Positions 26,857 through 34,854 of a DNA stretch of 43,206 nt are shown here, piece by piece (position 1 is the first letter of the stretch; every line of letters begins with the position of its first letter). This stretch comes from an uncultured Gammaproteobacteria bacterium (GTDB lineage: Bacteria; Patescibacteriota; Patescibacteriia; UBA2591; UBA6264), in assembly GCA_964566895.1 (NCBI GenBank), contig CAZMJP010000003.1, positions 1 through 43,206 on the forward strand, written 5' to 3'. A program made the position numbers and the translations under genes. The notes below the pieces were generated by a model that saw only the letters and a program-made list of their open reading frames with translations, was not told the origin of the DNA and did not search any database.

Positions 26857-28704
26857 TTAACGCATTATGCGCATAAATTCCATTCCTCCGCCCGACGGCA
26901 TACCGTTTCTCGAGCCGGAAGAAGATTTTCCCGACGATGAAGTTGACGAAGAAGAATTTTGTCCGGTAATGACCTGGGCGCCTTCTTCAATTCCGTCGAT
27001 TACTTCGCTAAATAAATCATTTGAAACGCCGACCCCAATCGGCTGACGTAAAACATTCCCCTCGTTCAAAATTTCCACGTATTGCATTTCGCCCTGCCCT
27101 TTAACGGCCGCATTGGGAACTAATAAAATATCCTGCCTGACATTGGTGATGACGCTCACTGAAGCGCTCATCCCGGGTTTTACTCTCTCATCTTGGGTAT
27201 CAAAAGCGACTTTAATATTATAGGTCACCACGCCCTGGGAAACCGCGCCGACAGTGTCAATTTCCACCACCTCTCCAGCAACGGTTAAATCCTCAGCTGC
27301 GTCAAAAGTTACGGTCGCTTTCTGTCCCACTTTAATCTGAGCCACATCAATCTCATTAAAAGAGGCCTTAACTATTTTTTGCGGCGTTATCAAAGTTAAA
27401 AGCGCCGTTCCCGAGGAAACCGAATCGTTTTCTTTCACCCCTATGTCGGCAACCACGCCGTCAAAAGAAGCCCTGATAAAATAATTGGCTAGATTTTTTT
27501 TCGCCTGCGCCAACGCATCTTCTTTTTGTTTAACGGTTATTTTTTGAGCGCGAATGTCAAGGTCGTCCGCTCCCGCCAATAAATCGGCCAATTTTTTTTC
27601 TTTTTCTTCCACGCTTCTCTCGGCCGCCGCCAAATCAAGCGGCTGTTCCTCCTGCATTTGCGTCAAATCTCTTTCGGCATTAATTAAAGCGTCTTGACTA
27701 TTTTTAATCGCTTGTTGGCGACTTAAAAGATTTGAATAATAAGTATTGATTTGAGTCAAATAACTGCTTAGACTTGATTGGTAAGCGCTGATAGTCGTCG
27801 GCGTTCTAAAGCCTTTTTTCTGAAGGTAATCAACCGCGTAGTCAATGACGTTTTTTTCACTCTTAATCGCCTGGGCAATCGCCTTTACTGTCTCTAAGGT
27901 CTCGCTTAAAAGAAGTTCAATTTCCGACTGGGAAGCATACCGACTTGTTTTTTTGTAACTCGCCAAATTTGGAGTGTATTTGGTTTCGGCGATTCCGTAA
28001 TCGTCTTTGGCGTCCTCAATTAAAGACGCCATCTGATCACTGCCGCTATAATCATAGCCTTCGTAAACGCCGACATTTAATTGATTTTTATTAATCGTAT
28101 CATCATAGAGGATTTCCCACAAAGCGGTCATCACGGTCGGGGCGTTAAAAAAAACGGTCTCCACGGTGTTAAAAGCGTCCTCATAACCACTAGTAACATC
28201 ATCAATGGCTTTTTGCTTTACTTGTAGAGCTTTTTGATAATTGTCTTTCTGATTGAGTTTCAATTTGGTCAAAGAATTCTTGGCTTGAGTCAGCGAATCT
28301 TCGGCTTGAAATACGGTTAATTCATCGGGTGGACTTAATAATTCTTCCAATTGAAGGTTTGCTGTTTCCAAACTTGTTTCGGCGTCGTCCATCGCTTTTT
28401 GGGCATCGGTGGTATCCAGGACAACAAGAATGTCGTTGGCTTTTACTGTTTGCCCCTGCTTTATTTCAATAGAGACAACATCTCCAGAAACCCCTTTTGG
28501 TTTGACGTCAATTTGGTTTAAGGCGTTAACCTGTCCGCTGCCGGAAACAGAAACAACCAACGTTCCCCTTCCAATTGTCGCGATTTCATAAGTGACCATT
28601 TCCTTATTTTTATTCTTAAGGGAACGATAAACAAAATAAGCGGCAACAACCAAAATAATAAAAATCAAAAAAACGATTTTTTTCTTTGATATTTTTTTAA
28701 GCAT
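26857..28704 (-). CDS. HlyD/MacA-type periplasmic adaptor with a long coiled-coil insert and a Ser/Gly-rich tail
   Basis: It has an N-terminal TM helix, lipoyl/barrel-sandwich halves (..GDVVSIEIKQGQTVKANDILVVLD.. and ..FDGVVADIGVKENDSV..), about 300 aa of heptad-rich helix, and beta-barrel/MP domains. The ATG at 28704 is preferred over the GTG at 28725. Confidence 0.85.
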   Translation of the reverse strand: MLKKISKKKIVFLIFIILVVAAYFVYRSLKNKNKEMVTYEIATIGRGTLVVSVSGSGQVNALNQIDVKPKGVSGDVVSIEIKQGQTVKANDILVVLDTTDAQKAMDDAETSLETANLQLEELLSPPDELTVFQAEDSLTQAKNSLTKLKLNQKDNYQKALQVKQKAIDDVTSGYEDAFNTVETVFFNAPTVMTALWEILYDDTINKNQLNVGVYEGYDYSGSDQMASLIEDAKDDYGIAETKYTPNLASYKKTSRYASQSEIELLLSETLETVKAIAQAIKSEKNVIDYAVDYLQKKGFRTPTTISAYQSSLSSYLTQINTYYSNLLSRQQAIKNSQDALINAERDLTQMQEEQPLDLAAAERSVEEKEKKLADLLAGADDLDIRAQKITVKQKEDALAQAKKNLANYFIRASFDGVVADIGVKENDSVSSGTALLTLITPQKIVKASFNEIDVAQIKVGQKATVTFDAAEDLTVAGEVVEIDTVGAVSQGVVTYNIKVAFDTQDERVKPGMSASVSVITNVRQDILLVPNAAVKGQGEMQYVEILNEGNVLRQPIGVGVSNDLFSEVIDGIEEGAQVITGQNSSSSTSSSGKSSSGSRNGMPSGGGMEFMRIMR

Positions 28705-28762
28705 AACGCAAATAATAAAATCCACTTAAATTAAAAGCCGGAACTCATCTCCTTTTCTGAAA

Positions 28763-29332
28763 TTAAAAAAACGGAATAAACGGTTTCGGAGCCGGGGCTG
28801 GAGGGACTGGAGGAATCGTCTTCTCTTCTCCGGGGTCAAAAAGACGAATAAGACGGGCTTCGATTTGCCCCTGTTCGTTCTGCGGACCAACAACAACGAC
28901 CTTGTTGTCAATTTTTAAATCAGCGGCTTTAATTTCTTTTCGGCCGGAAAGAATTTTTGTCGTCTCGGCTATTAAAACGATTCTTTCCATATCCCCCGCC
29001 CCCTTAACCACTAAACTGTCGCTGTTAATCTTAATAATTAAACCGAAAGTGCCGTGTCCGGAGATGAAACCTCCTTTGCCAAAATCGCGCCAATCTCCGA
29101 AGAATCCTCCTTTTGGTCCGGCAAAATTCCTGTGATAATTCTCGGCCCAACGGTAAGAAAATCCCGCCCTTTTTTCGCCGATAATTACGCCGATGCCGAA
29201 AATTAGAAAAACAACCGTGGCCGCCACTAAACCGACACCAACCCATTTAAAAACTTTGCACCAGACATCTCTTTGTTTTCTTTTTTCGGTCGTTCCGCCG
29301 TCCGACAATTTTTTTTCTTCATCTTTAACCAT
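28763..29332 (-). CDS. Membrane-anchored beta-rich protein with a Pro-rich tail, paralog of 24309..24731
   Basis: The ATG at 29332 gives MVKDEEKK... It has one TM helix (WVGVGLVAATVVFLIFGIGVII) and the module ..SLVVKGAGDMERIVLIAETTKI..ADLKIDNKVVVVGPQNEQGQIEARLIRL. The track start at 29401 is an unlikely upstream extension. Confidence 0.65.
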   Translation of the reverse strand: MVKDEEKKLSDGGTTEKRKQRDVWCKVFKWVGVGLVAATVVFLIFGIGVIIGEKRAGFSYRWAENYHRNFAGPKGGFFGDWRDFGKGGFISGHGTFGLIIKINSDSLVVKGAGDMERIVLIAETTKILSGRKEIKAADLKIDNKVVVVGPQNEQGQIEARLIRLFDPGEEKTIPPVPPAPAPKPFIPFF

Positions 29333-29421
29333 ATAATATAAAACAAAATTTAGCGGTTTGCCCCGTTCCGTTTCAGGACGCGGGACGGAGCAGACCGCCA
29401 CATAATAAACTTAAGATATTG

Positions 29422-29937
29422 TTATCTGTTTAAACCACTGAATTGTGCGGCCCTTTCTTGAAGTTTCGCCACCACATCAGCGTCATTTGAAGTAATTGTT
29501 ATCTGCACTCCGTTCGCCAGATTAACCACCTCGTAATCGGTTTTATCGACAAAACCTTCGGGTCCGAAACCGCGTCTTTTTTGTCCACCAATTCCCGGAA
29601 AAGAACCAACCCGCCCCCTACCGCCTTCCGGCATACTCGCCTTCATTTCTTCTATTTTCGTTTTTCTTTGCTCCGGCGTCATCGTCTCCCATTCTTCCAT
29701 CCGTGTTTTTTGTTCTTTTATTTTTGCCTCTATTTCGGCTTTACGCTGGTCTAATTTCGCCCGCCATTCGGGCGAATCTTTTTCCAATTCGCTTAAATCG
29801 CAGCCGCCCCTAAAAAACCCCTCTATCCGCGTCTTTCCAAATGCGTTAACTTGATGGGCGTTAAAGATAACCCCGCCGACGATAAACGAAACGATAATTA
29901 ATAAAATAACGCCCGTTTTCTTTTTGTTAGTAAACAT
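29422..29937 (-). CDS. Membrane-anchored or secreted helical protein, hypothetical
   Basis: The ATG at 29937 gives MFTNKKKTGVILLIIVSFIVGGV... A charged coiled-coil-like segment follows (RAKLDQRKAEIEAKIKEQKTRMEEWETMTPEQRKTKIEEMK). Confidence 0.6.
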   Translation of the reverse strand: MFTNKKKTGVILLIIVSFIVGGVIFNAHQVNAFGKTRIEGFFRGGCDLSELEKDSPEWRAKLDQRKAEIEAKIKEQKTRMEEWETMTPEQRKTKIEEMKASMPEGGRGRVGSFPGIGGQKRRGFGPEGFVDKTDYEVVNLANGVQITITSNDADVVAKLQERAAQFSGLNR

Positions 29938-30088
29938 ATATTTATAATCTTTAGCCCGCGTTCCCCCTGCGTAAATCAACATTTAGATTGGCGCCTATCG
30001 GCAGGCCTATGTGTCAATTTACGCCGACAAGACAAGATAGTATTATAATATTTCCAAACTTTCTCGACCTTTGATTTTAATCAATTAG

Positions 30089-30517
30089 CTAACCCCCGTA
30101 TTTATGCGCCAAACAGCCGAATAAAAATCTCTTTTTATATAAAAACAACCGAAGCGTAAAAAGAAAAATTGCCAAACTTAATAAGACGGCCGTTATGCCC
30201 CCGATAGGCAGCGAATCGACAATAACCAAACCGAAATCGCGCCAAAGAGCGAAAAAAACGGTCAAATCATTGACCGCGGCCGAAATAAAATAAACAATGC
30301 CGGAATCCCTCGCCTGATTTATAAACAATATCCAGGAAAAAGGCACTGAAATAAAAGAAATAATCAAAAGAAATAAAAGTTCCAAAACCAATTTTCTTCT
30401 ATAGCGACTTTTTTGTTTTCTAATTTCAAAAGTAATCTTATCAAAAAGACCTTCCGGAGGTTCCGCAAGTTCCAACTGCGAAAAAAATTCATCTATTTTC
30501 ACTTGACCCGTACCCAT
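30089..30517 (-). CDS. Polytopic membrane protein in the position of an anti-sigma factor
   Basis: It has a ~40-aa cytoplasmic N-terminus and then 3-4 TM helices. It lies immediately downstream of the ECF sigma gene, and no zinc-finger motif is visible. Confidence 0.5.
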   Translation of the reverse strand: MGTGQVKIDEFFSQLELAEPPEGLFDKITFEIRKQKSRYRRKLVLELLFLLIISFISVPFSWILFINQARDSGIVYFISAAVNDLTVFFALWRDFGLVIVDSLPIGGITAVLLSLAIFLFTLRLFLYKKRFLFGCLAHKYGG

Positions 30518-30580
30518 ATAATATTAATACGATTAAACAAGTTGTTTTGGTTCACCCCGACAAGGACTTTAGAGTAGGGT

Positions 30581-31153
30581 TCACTTATTTTGGAAAATTT
30601 TCTTTAAAACCTCTGTCCCCCGCCGATAACGGGTTTTAACTGTATCAATAGGTTCTTTTAAAATTTCGGCTATTTCGCAAAAAGTAAAAGAATACCTCTG
30701 CCGAAGAATCAAAACTAAACGATAAGGAGGTGGAAGTTTTTTTATTGCTTTACCTAACATCTCGGAGATATCCGCTCTCTCCGCCAATTCGTCGGGAAGC
30801 GGAGAAGGGTCAATTAACGTCTCGCTTAATATATTTTTACCTTCTTCGGTATCAAACATAGAAAAAACAATCGGTTTTTTCTTTTTTAACCAGTCGAAAC
30901 AAGTATTTTTGGCAATGGAAAAAATCCAGGTCTTAAAATTTCTATTCCGGTCAAATTTTCTAAAATTGCGCCAAATCTTTATAAAAACATCTTGGGTAAT
31001 ATCTTCCGTGTCTTGAGAATTGCTTACATATTGATAAACAAAATTGTAAATAGGTTTTAAATATCGTTTAATTAAAATCTCCAGCGACTTTTCCTCGCCC
31101 TTAAAATAGCTTTCTATAAGCTCTTGGTCGGATTGCTGATTAAAATAGTCCAT
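30581..31153 (-). CDS. ECF-type RNA polymerase sigma-70 family factor
   Basis: Region 2 is ..EDITQDVFIKIWRNFRKFDRNRNFKTWIFSIAKNTCFDWLKKKK. Region 4 is ..YRLVLILRQRYSFTFCEIAEILKEPIDTVKTRYRRG. The ATG at 31153 (MDYFNQ..) avoids overlap with the upstream gene. Confidence 0.9.
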   Translation of the reverse strand: MDYFNQQSDQELIESYFKGEEKSLEILIKRYLKPIYNFVYQYVSNSQDTEDITQDVFIKIWRNFRKFDRNRNFKTWIFSIAKNTCFDWLKKKKPIVFSMFDTEEGKNILSETLIDPSPLPDELAERADISEMLGKAIKKLPPPYRLVLILRQRYSFTFCEIAEILKEPIDTVKTRYRRGTEVLKKIFQNK

Positions 31154-31157
31154 AAAA

Positions 31158-32612
31158 TTATTTCTCCGAAGAAACAAACTCCTTTGTTTTTGGCCAGAAG
31201 ATTCTAACCAAACTTCGCGGATAATTCAATAAATATAAATTAAATTGTTTTTTGAATCGTGAATAACCGCGCCAAGATTTCGGGTCGCCCCTTCTCCAGA
31301 CGATGCCGAAATTCAAAAATCTGATTTTTTTCTCCAAACAATATTGATGCCAATAATCGATCAACCCGACGCCGACCGACGTTCTTCCCGCCTCGCGGTC
31401 AATAAAAGAAATCAAATGATTTGACTGGGAAATATCTTCATAATCAACCACGACTAAAGCGCCGATAATCTTTTTTGAATTCGTCTCTCGTCCGGCGAAA
31501 ATACTGATTTTATCCGGATGAAACTTAAAATGATGCTCCAAAATCTTTAAAAAACCTTGACGCAAAATCCACCCCAACGGCTTCACTTTCTGGTAAATCT
31601 CCTTAAATTCCGGATAGTCAATTTTCTCAATTCTATGATTTTGGTCCTTCAACCATTTTCTTCTGTGCCTTTGGGCGTGTCCATCCCAATCTTTAAAATA
31701 CTGCTGATTATTGTTTAAATAAATAATCCCGCTCTGACGAGGCTTGCCGACCAAATAATTTCTATGCCAACCCTTGGGTTTGCCCGTCTTGGTCAATGGC
31801 TGCCAACTGACAATCTTCAACCCGCTTATCTCTCCGGTTCTCGGTTCTTCGTCCCCAAAATAATTTTCAAAACAAATCGGGCCGATTCGACGCTTAACCG
31901 CGAAATTGCAGCCGCTAACAACAAATTGCTTTCGCTCCGGCTGATAAGCAATTGCCTTTAAATAATCTAATGATTGTTCCCTAAATAAAAATCCTTTGGG
32001 CAAGGGGTCGCCGACTTTACCCTGCCCAAAATGCCGATAAATCGCCATTTTGTTGGCCCAATATCGCAAGCCTAACTCTTGAAAAAAATAACGGCCAAAA
32101 ATCGGTCTTAATGTTTTCTCGTCTAAATAAAAATTAACCAATAAATACCCGTTTTTATTTAAAATCTTTTGGATGTCCTCAATGAAATCTTCTGATTTCA
32201 GAACCTCAGCCGGCGTTTTACCTTTAAAAAGGTCAACTAAGATAACGTCAAATTTCTGTTCCAGGCCGCCTATTACTTTAACTGCGTCTTCCAAAATTAT
32301 CTTTATTTTTTCTGTTTTTCTTAAATAAGTTTTTTTGGCTATCTCAACCATTACCGGGTCGTGTTCAATAGCAATAATCTCAACCTGACCAAAGCGCTTT
32401 CTGATTCCTTTAATTACTCCGCCGCCTCCCAAACCTAAAAGCAAAACGCTCTTAATTTTAATCCCGCCCGACACTCTTTTCAACACCTTGCGCCATAAGT
32501 TATTAACATAAACTCCGGATTGGTAACAACCGCCGGCTTTTATGGCATACCGCCCAAAAAATTTTTTGACCGTTATCGGTCCGTTCTTTTTTGAATTATA
32601 TATTTGTTTCAT
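31158..32612 (-). CDS. Fusion protein: spermidine-synthase-like class I SAM methyltransferase fold (N-terminal) plus a FemAB/GNAT-like acyltransferase fold (C-terminal)
   Basis: The N-terminus has VLLLGLGGGG (motif I), IIAIEHDP and DVILVDLF. The C-terminus has ..GALVVVDYEDISQSNHLISFIDREAGRTSVGVGLIDYWHQYCLEKKIRFLNFG..RFKKQF, which resembles FemAB/BioF2-like acetyltransferases. Confidence 0.55.
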   Translation of the reverse strand: MKQIYNSKKNGPITVKKFFGRYAIKAGGCYQSGVYVNNLWRKVLKRVSGGIKIKSVLLLGLGGGGVIKGIRKRFGQVEIIAIEHDPVMVEIAKKTYLRKTEKIKIILEDAVKVIGGLEQKFDVILVDLFKGKTPAEVLKSEDFIEDIQKILNKNGYLLVNFYLDEKTLRPIFGRYFFQELGLRYWANKMAIYRHFGQGKVGDPLPKGFLFREQSLDYLKAIAYQPERKQFVVSGCNFAVKRRIGPICFENYFGDEEPRTGEISGLKIVSWQPLTKTGKPKGWHRNYLVGKPRQSGIIYLNNNQQYFKDWDGHAQRHRRKWLKDQNHRIEKIDYPEFKEIYQKVKPLGWILRQGFLKILEHHFKFHPDKISIFAGRETNSKKIIGALVVVDYEDISQSNHLISFIDREAGRTSVGVGLIDYWHQYCLEKKIRFLNFGIVWRRGDPKSWRGYSRFKKQFNLYLLNYPRSLVRIFWPKTKEFVSSEK

Positions 32613-32680
32613 AATTTTCTCTTAAAGATAATCTTTAATAAAGATTACCAAAAAACATCTGAAAAATCAAGAAGACCGTC

Positions 32681-32709
32681 TTGACAAATTTTCACAAGTC
32701 TTAATAATA
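32681..32709 (+). promoter_or_regulatory. Sigma70-type promoter for aspartate kinase
   Basis: It reads TTGACA-17 nt-ATAATA, overlapping TAATAAT. GGAG lies 7 nt before the ATG. Confidence 0.55.
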
Positions 32710-32720
32710 GTCTTAATAAT
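32697..32720. repeat. Perfect tandem duplication of a 12-mer (AGTCTTAATAAT x2) over the -10 region
   Basis: Read directly: 32697-32708 is identical to 32709-32720. Confidence 0.9.
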
Positions 32721-32758
32721 AAAAGGCACATTACAACAAAACAAAAAAAAGGAGAAAA

Positions 32759-33979
32759 ATGAGAGAAAAAATTATCGTTGAGAAATTCGGGGGAACTTCA
32801 GTGGCAACCTCCGAGAAAATCAAAAAAATCGCCCTCTACGTTAAAAAACAACTATCAGGGGGAAAAATTAAGTCTATAATAGTTGTTTCGGCAATGGGAA
32901 AAGAAACCGACGAACTGCAACAACTTGCCTGGGAGGTATGTGAAAAATCCATTCCCACCCCTCGGGAATTTGACCTTCTTATGACAAGCGGAGAGAGAAA
33001 AACCTCCCCTTTAATGGCTTTAGCCCTTAACAGTATCGGGGTAAAAGCCATCTCAGTGAACAGTTTACAGATAGGCGTTGAAACCAATGAAAAATATGGC
33101 AACGCCAAAATTCTTTCCATTAAAAATATCGGAAAGATAAAAAAACTGTTTAAAGAATATCCGGTAATTGTGGTTCCCGGTTTTCAAGGAATTATCAAAG
33201 GAACAGACGAAGTCGTCGCCCTGGGAAGAGGAGGCTCTGACAAAACAGCTATTGCCTTAGCTTCCTCTTTAGGAAATAAATATTGTAAAATCCACACTGA
33301 TGTAGACGGCGTCTACGCGGTTGACCCCAGAATCGTCCCCGGAGCGAAGAAGTTCAAAGAAGTCGGATACGACCAGATGATTCGTCTTTCCAGCGCCGGC
33401 GCGGGCGTCTTAATGGACCAAGCAGTTAAAACAGCCGCAGACAAGGACGTCACTATAGAAGTCCGTTTAAGCCCGAGTCTGGGGGAATCTGACGGAGGAA
33501 CTTTAGTCGGTCGAATGAGGCATCCGCCCATAGAAACAATTTGGGGACAAGCCGGTTTGGCTATCCAACAACGGGTGATGTTGGTTAAAATACACTTCCC
33601 TTCCGCTTGCACCAGCGGAGAGATGCTCGCCTCGATTAAAGAAATCAATATCATTGACGCGGACATCCGCGAGCAAAACAAAGTTTCCCTGTTTTGCTCG
33701 CCGACCGACCTGAACTACGTTCTGGCTGACCTTGAAAAGCTAAAACAGCCGGAAATAAAAACGGAAATTAGGGAGGTAGCTGGACTAACCTTGGTCGACT
33801 CAATGATGAAAGAGCAACCTGGTTACGTCTATCGCGTCATTAAATCTCTGGAACAAGCGCAAATAAAATATGAATCGGTGACCTCATCGGGAACTTCCAT
33901 CCTGATAGTGGTAAGAAAAGACGAATGTGTCAGAACAGCGGAAGCGCTCGCCCGGGAATTCTCTCTCATTGAAAGTTAG
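32759..33979 (+). CDS. lysC: Aspartate kinase (monofunctional, with C-terminal ACT domains)
   Basis: VEKFGGTSV, VVVSAMGKETDEL, PGFQG and IHTDVDGVYAVDPRIV are classic aspartokinase motifs. This is the only plus-strand gene in the window. Confidence 0.9.
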   Translation: MREKIIVEKFGGTSVATSEKIKKIALYVKKQLSGGKIKSIIVVSAMGKETDELQQLAWEVCEKSIPTPREFDLLMTSGERKTSPLMALALNSIGVKAISVNSLQIGVETNEKYGNAKILSIKNIGKIKKLFKEYPVIVVPGFQGIIKGTDEVVALGRGGSDKTAIALASSLGNKYCKIHTDVDGVYAVDPRIVPGAKKFKEVGYDQMIRLSSAGAGVLMDQAVKTAADKDVTIEVRLSPSLGESDGGTLVGRMRHPPIETIWGQAGLAIQQRVMLVKIHFPSACTSGEMLASIKEINIIDADIREQNKVSLFCSPTDLNYVLADLEKLKQPEIKTEIREVAGLTLVDSMMKEQPGYVYRVIKSLEQAQIKYESVTSSGTSILIVVRKDECVRTAEALAREFSLIES

Positions 33980-33990
33980 TCAATATCAAG

Positions 33991-34028
33991 AACCCCGCGC
34001 CAAAAATGGATGCGGGGTTTAATTTTAA
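33991..34028 (+). terminator. Intrinsic terminator after aspartate kinase
   Basis: The stem is AACCCCGC/GCGGGGTT (33991-33998 with 34012-34019), followed by TAATTTT. Confidence 0.7.
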
Positions 34029-34031
34029 GAC

Positions 34032-34073
34032 AGAAAAACTAAAATCGCTTCCCCTGTTCGGAAAAGCGATTTT
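34032..34073 (-). terminator. Intrinsic terminator for the convergent 91-aa gene
   Basis: A perfect 10-bp stem (AAAATCGCTT/AAGCGATTTT, 34041-34050 with 34064-34073) is followed on the minus strand by AGTTTTTCTG. Confidence 0.65.
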
Positions 34074-34143
34074 AGCCGCCGATTGTCTGGTGACCGTTCG
34101 GCGATGGACCTTCTGGTGTCATAGTTGCAAAGACCAAAATGGT

Positions 34144-34419
34144 TTAAAAATCTTGGCCTGTTACTTCTTTGCTCTGTTTCCTCTCGTCATTGGCAAAATA
34201 AAGCGTGGCGAGCATTGTTCCCAGAGCGCAACCAAAAGCATACAAGAGAACCAAGCGCCAATTGTTAATATCTTTAACAATTGTCTCCAAAACATAGTAC
34301 CAAATCAGGATGTTAATCAAAGTAATCACCCCACTCGCTATAATCTTTGTTCTGGTTACCACCTTGGTCCAAGCGGTAACAATGACCATCTCCAAAAGAC
34401 CGATGAAGAATAAAATCAT
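34144..34419 (-). CDS. Small 3-TM membrane protein (91 aa), DUF5698/UPF0316 N-terminal-like
   Basis: MILFFIGLLEMVIVTAWTKVVTRTKIIASGVITLINILIWYYVL.. A perfect consensus promoter lies upstream and a terminator downstream. Confidence 0.6.
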   Translation of the reverse strand: MILFFIGLLEMVIVTAWTKVVTRTKIIASGVITLINILIWYYVLETIVKDINNWRLVLLYAFGCALGTMLATLYFANDERKQSKEVTGQDF

Positions 34420-34502
34420 AGGCGCACCTCTTTTCTGCTTTAGTTTGTTAAAGATCGACCTTGAACCAAAAAACTCCTTAGGGGGAGCTTTCTGATAATT
34501 AA

Positions 34503-34531
34503 ATTATAAAACAAAAATCAAAATCTGTCAA
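34503..34531 (-). promoter_or_regulatory. Perfect consensus sigma70 promoter
   Basis: On the minus strand it reads TTGACA-17 nt-TATAAT. An ~83-nt leader with AGAGGTG precedes the ATG at 34419. Confidence 0.7.
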
Positions 34532-34848
34532 GCAAGCAAGATAAAAATAAAAGTCCGACAATGCCGACTTTTAACTGTGTTTAACGGCGCGGATAAAATT
34601 TCGGCAATCTCTTTTAGCAATCTGGAAAAGCCAGGTTTTGAAATTCTTTTTTTGGTTAAATCTTCTCAAATGACGCCAGGCTTTGATAAAAGCTTCCTGG
34701 TAACGTCTTGGGTCTCTAAGGGGTTATTGACGTATTGGTAAACAAAATTATAAATCGGCTTGAGATATTTTTTAATTAAGATTTTCAATAAATTTTCTTC
34801 TCCTCTTTTTAAATAACTGATTACTAATTGCTGGTCGGAAGTGTTCAT
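34528..34848 (-). pseudogene. Decayed ECF sigma-factor paralog (frameshift plus internal deletion)
   Basis: Frame 1 gives MNTSDQQLVISYLKRGEENLLKILIKKYLKPIYNFVYQYVNNPLETQDV, which parallels the intact sigma at 30581..31153. Region 2 continues in another frame (QEAFIKAWRHLRRFNQKKNFKTWLFQIAK). It then jumps directly to a region-4.2 remnant in a third frame (LKEIAEILSAPLNTVKSRH). Confidence 0.8.
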
Positions 34849-34854
34849 AAAAGG

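Noticed and set aside
28726-29246. ORFs 28726..28911(-), 28902..29135(+) and 29031..29246(-).
   Set aside because: These are alternative-frame or antisense shadows of the 28763..29332 gene. The Arg-rich translations are typical of out-of-frame reading.
32613-32758. A possible lysine riboswitch upstream of aspartate kinase.
   Set aside because: The distance from the predicted -10 box to the ATG is only ~45-50 nt. No L-box-like conserved helices are visible, and the leader is too short for the ~180-nt aptamer.
34006-34413. Plus-strand 135-aa ORF.
   Set aside because: It starts inside the aspartate kinase terminator and crosses the convergent terminator. It is antisense to the better-supported 91-aa membrane-protein gene, which has a perfect consensus promoter.
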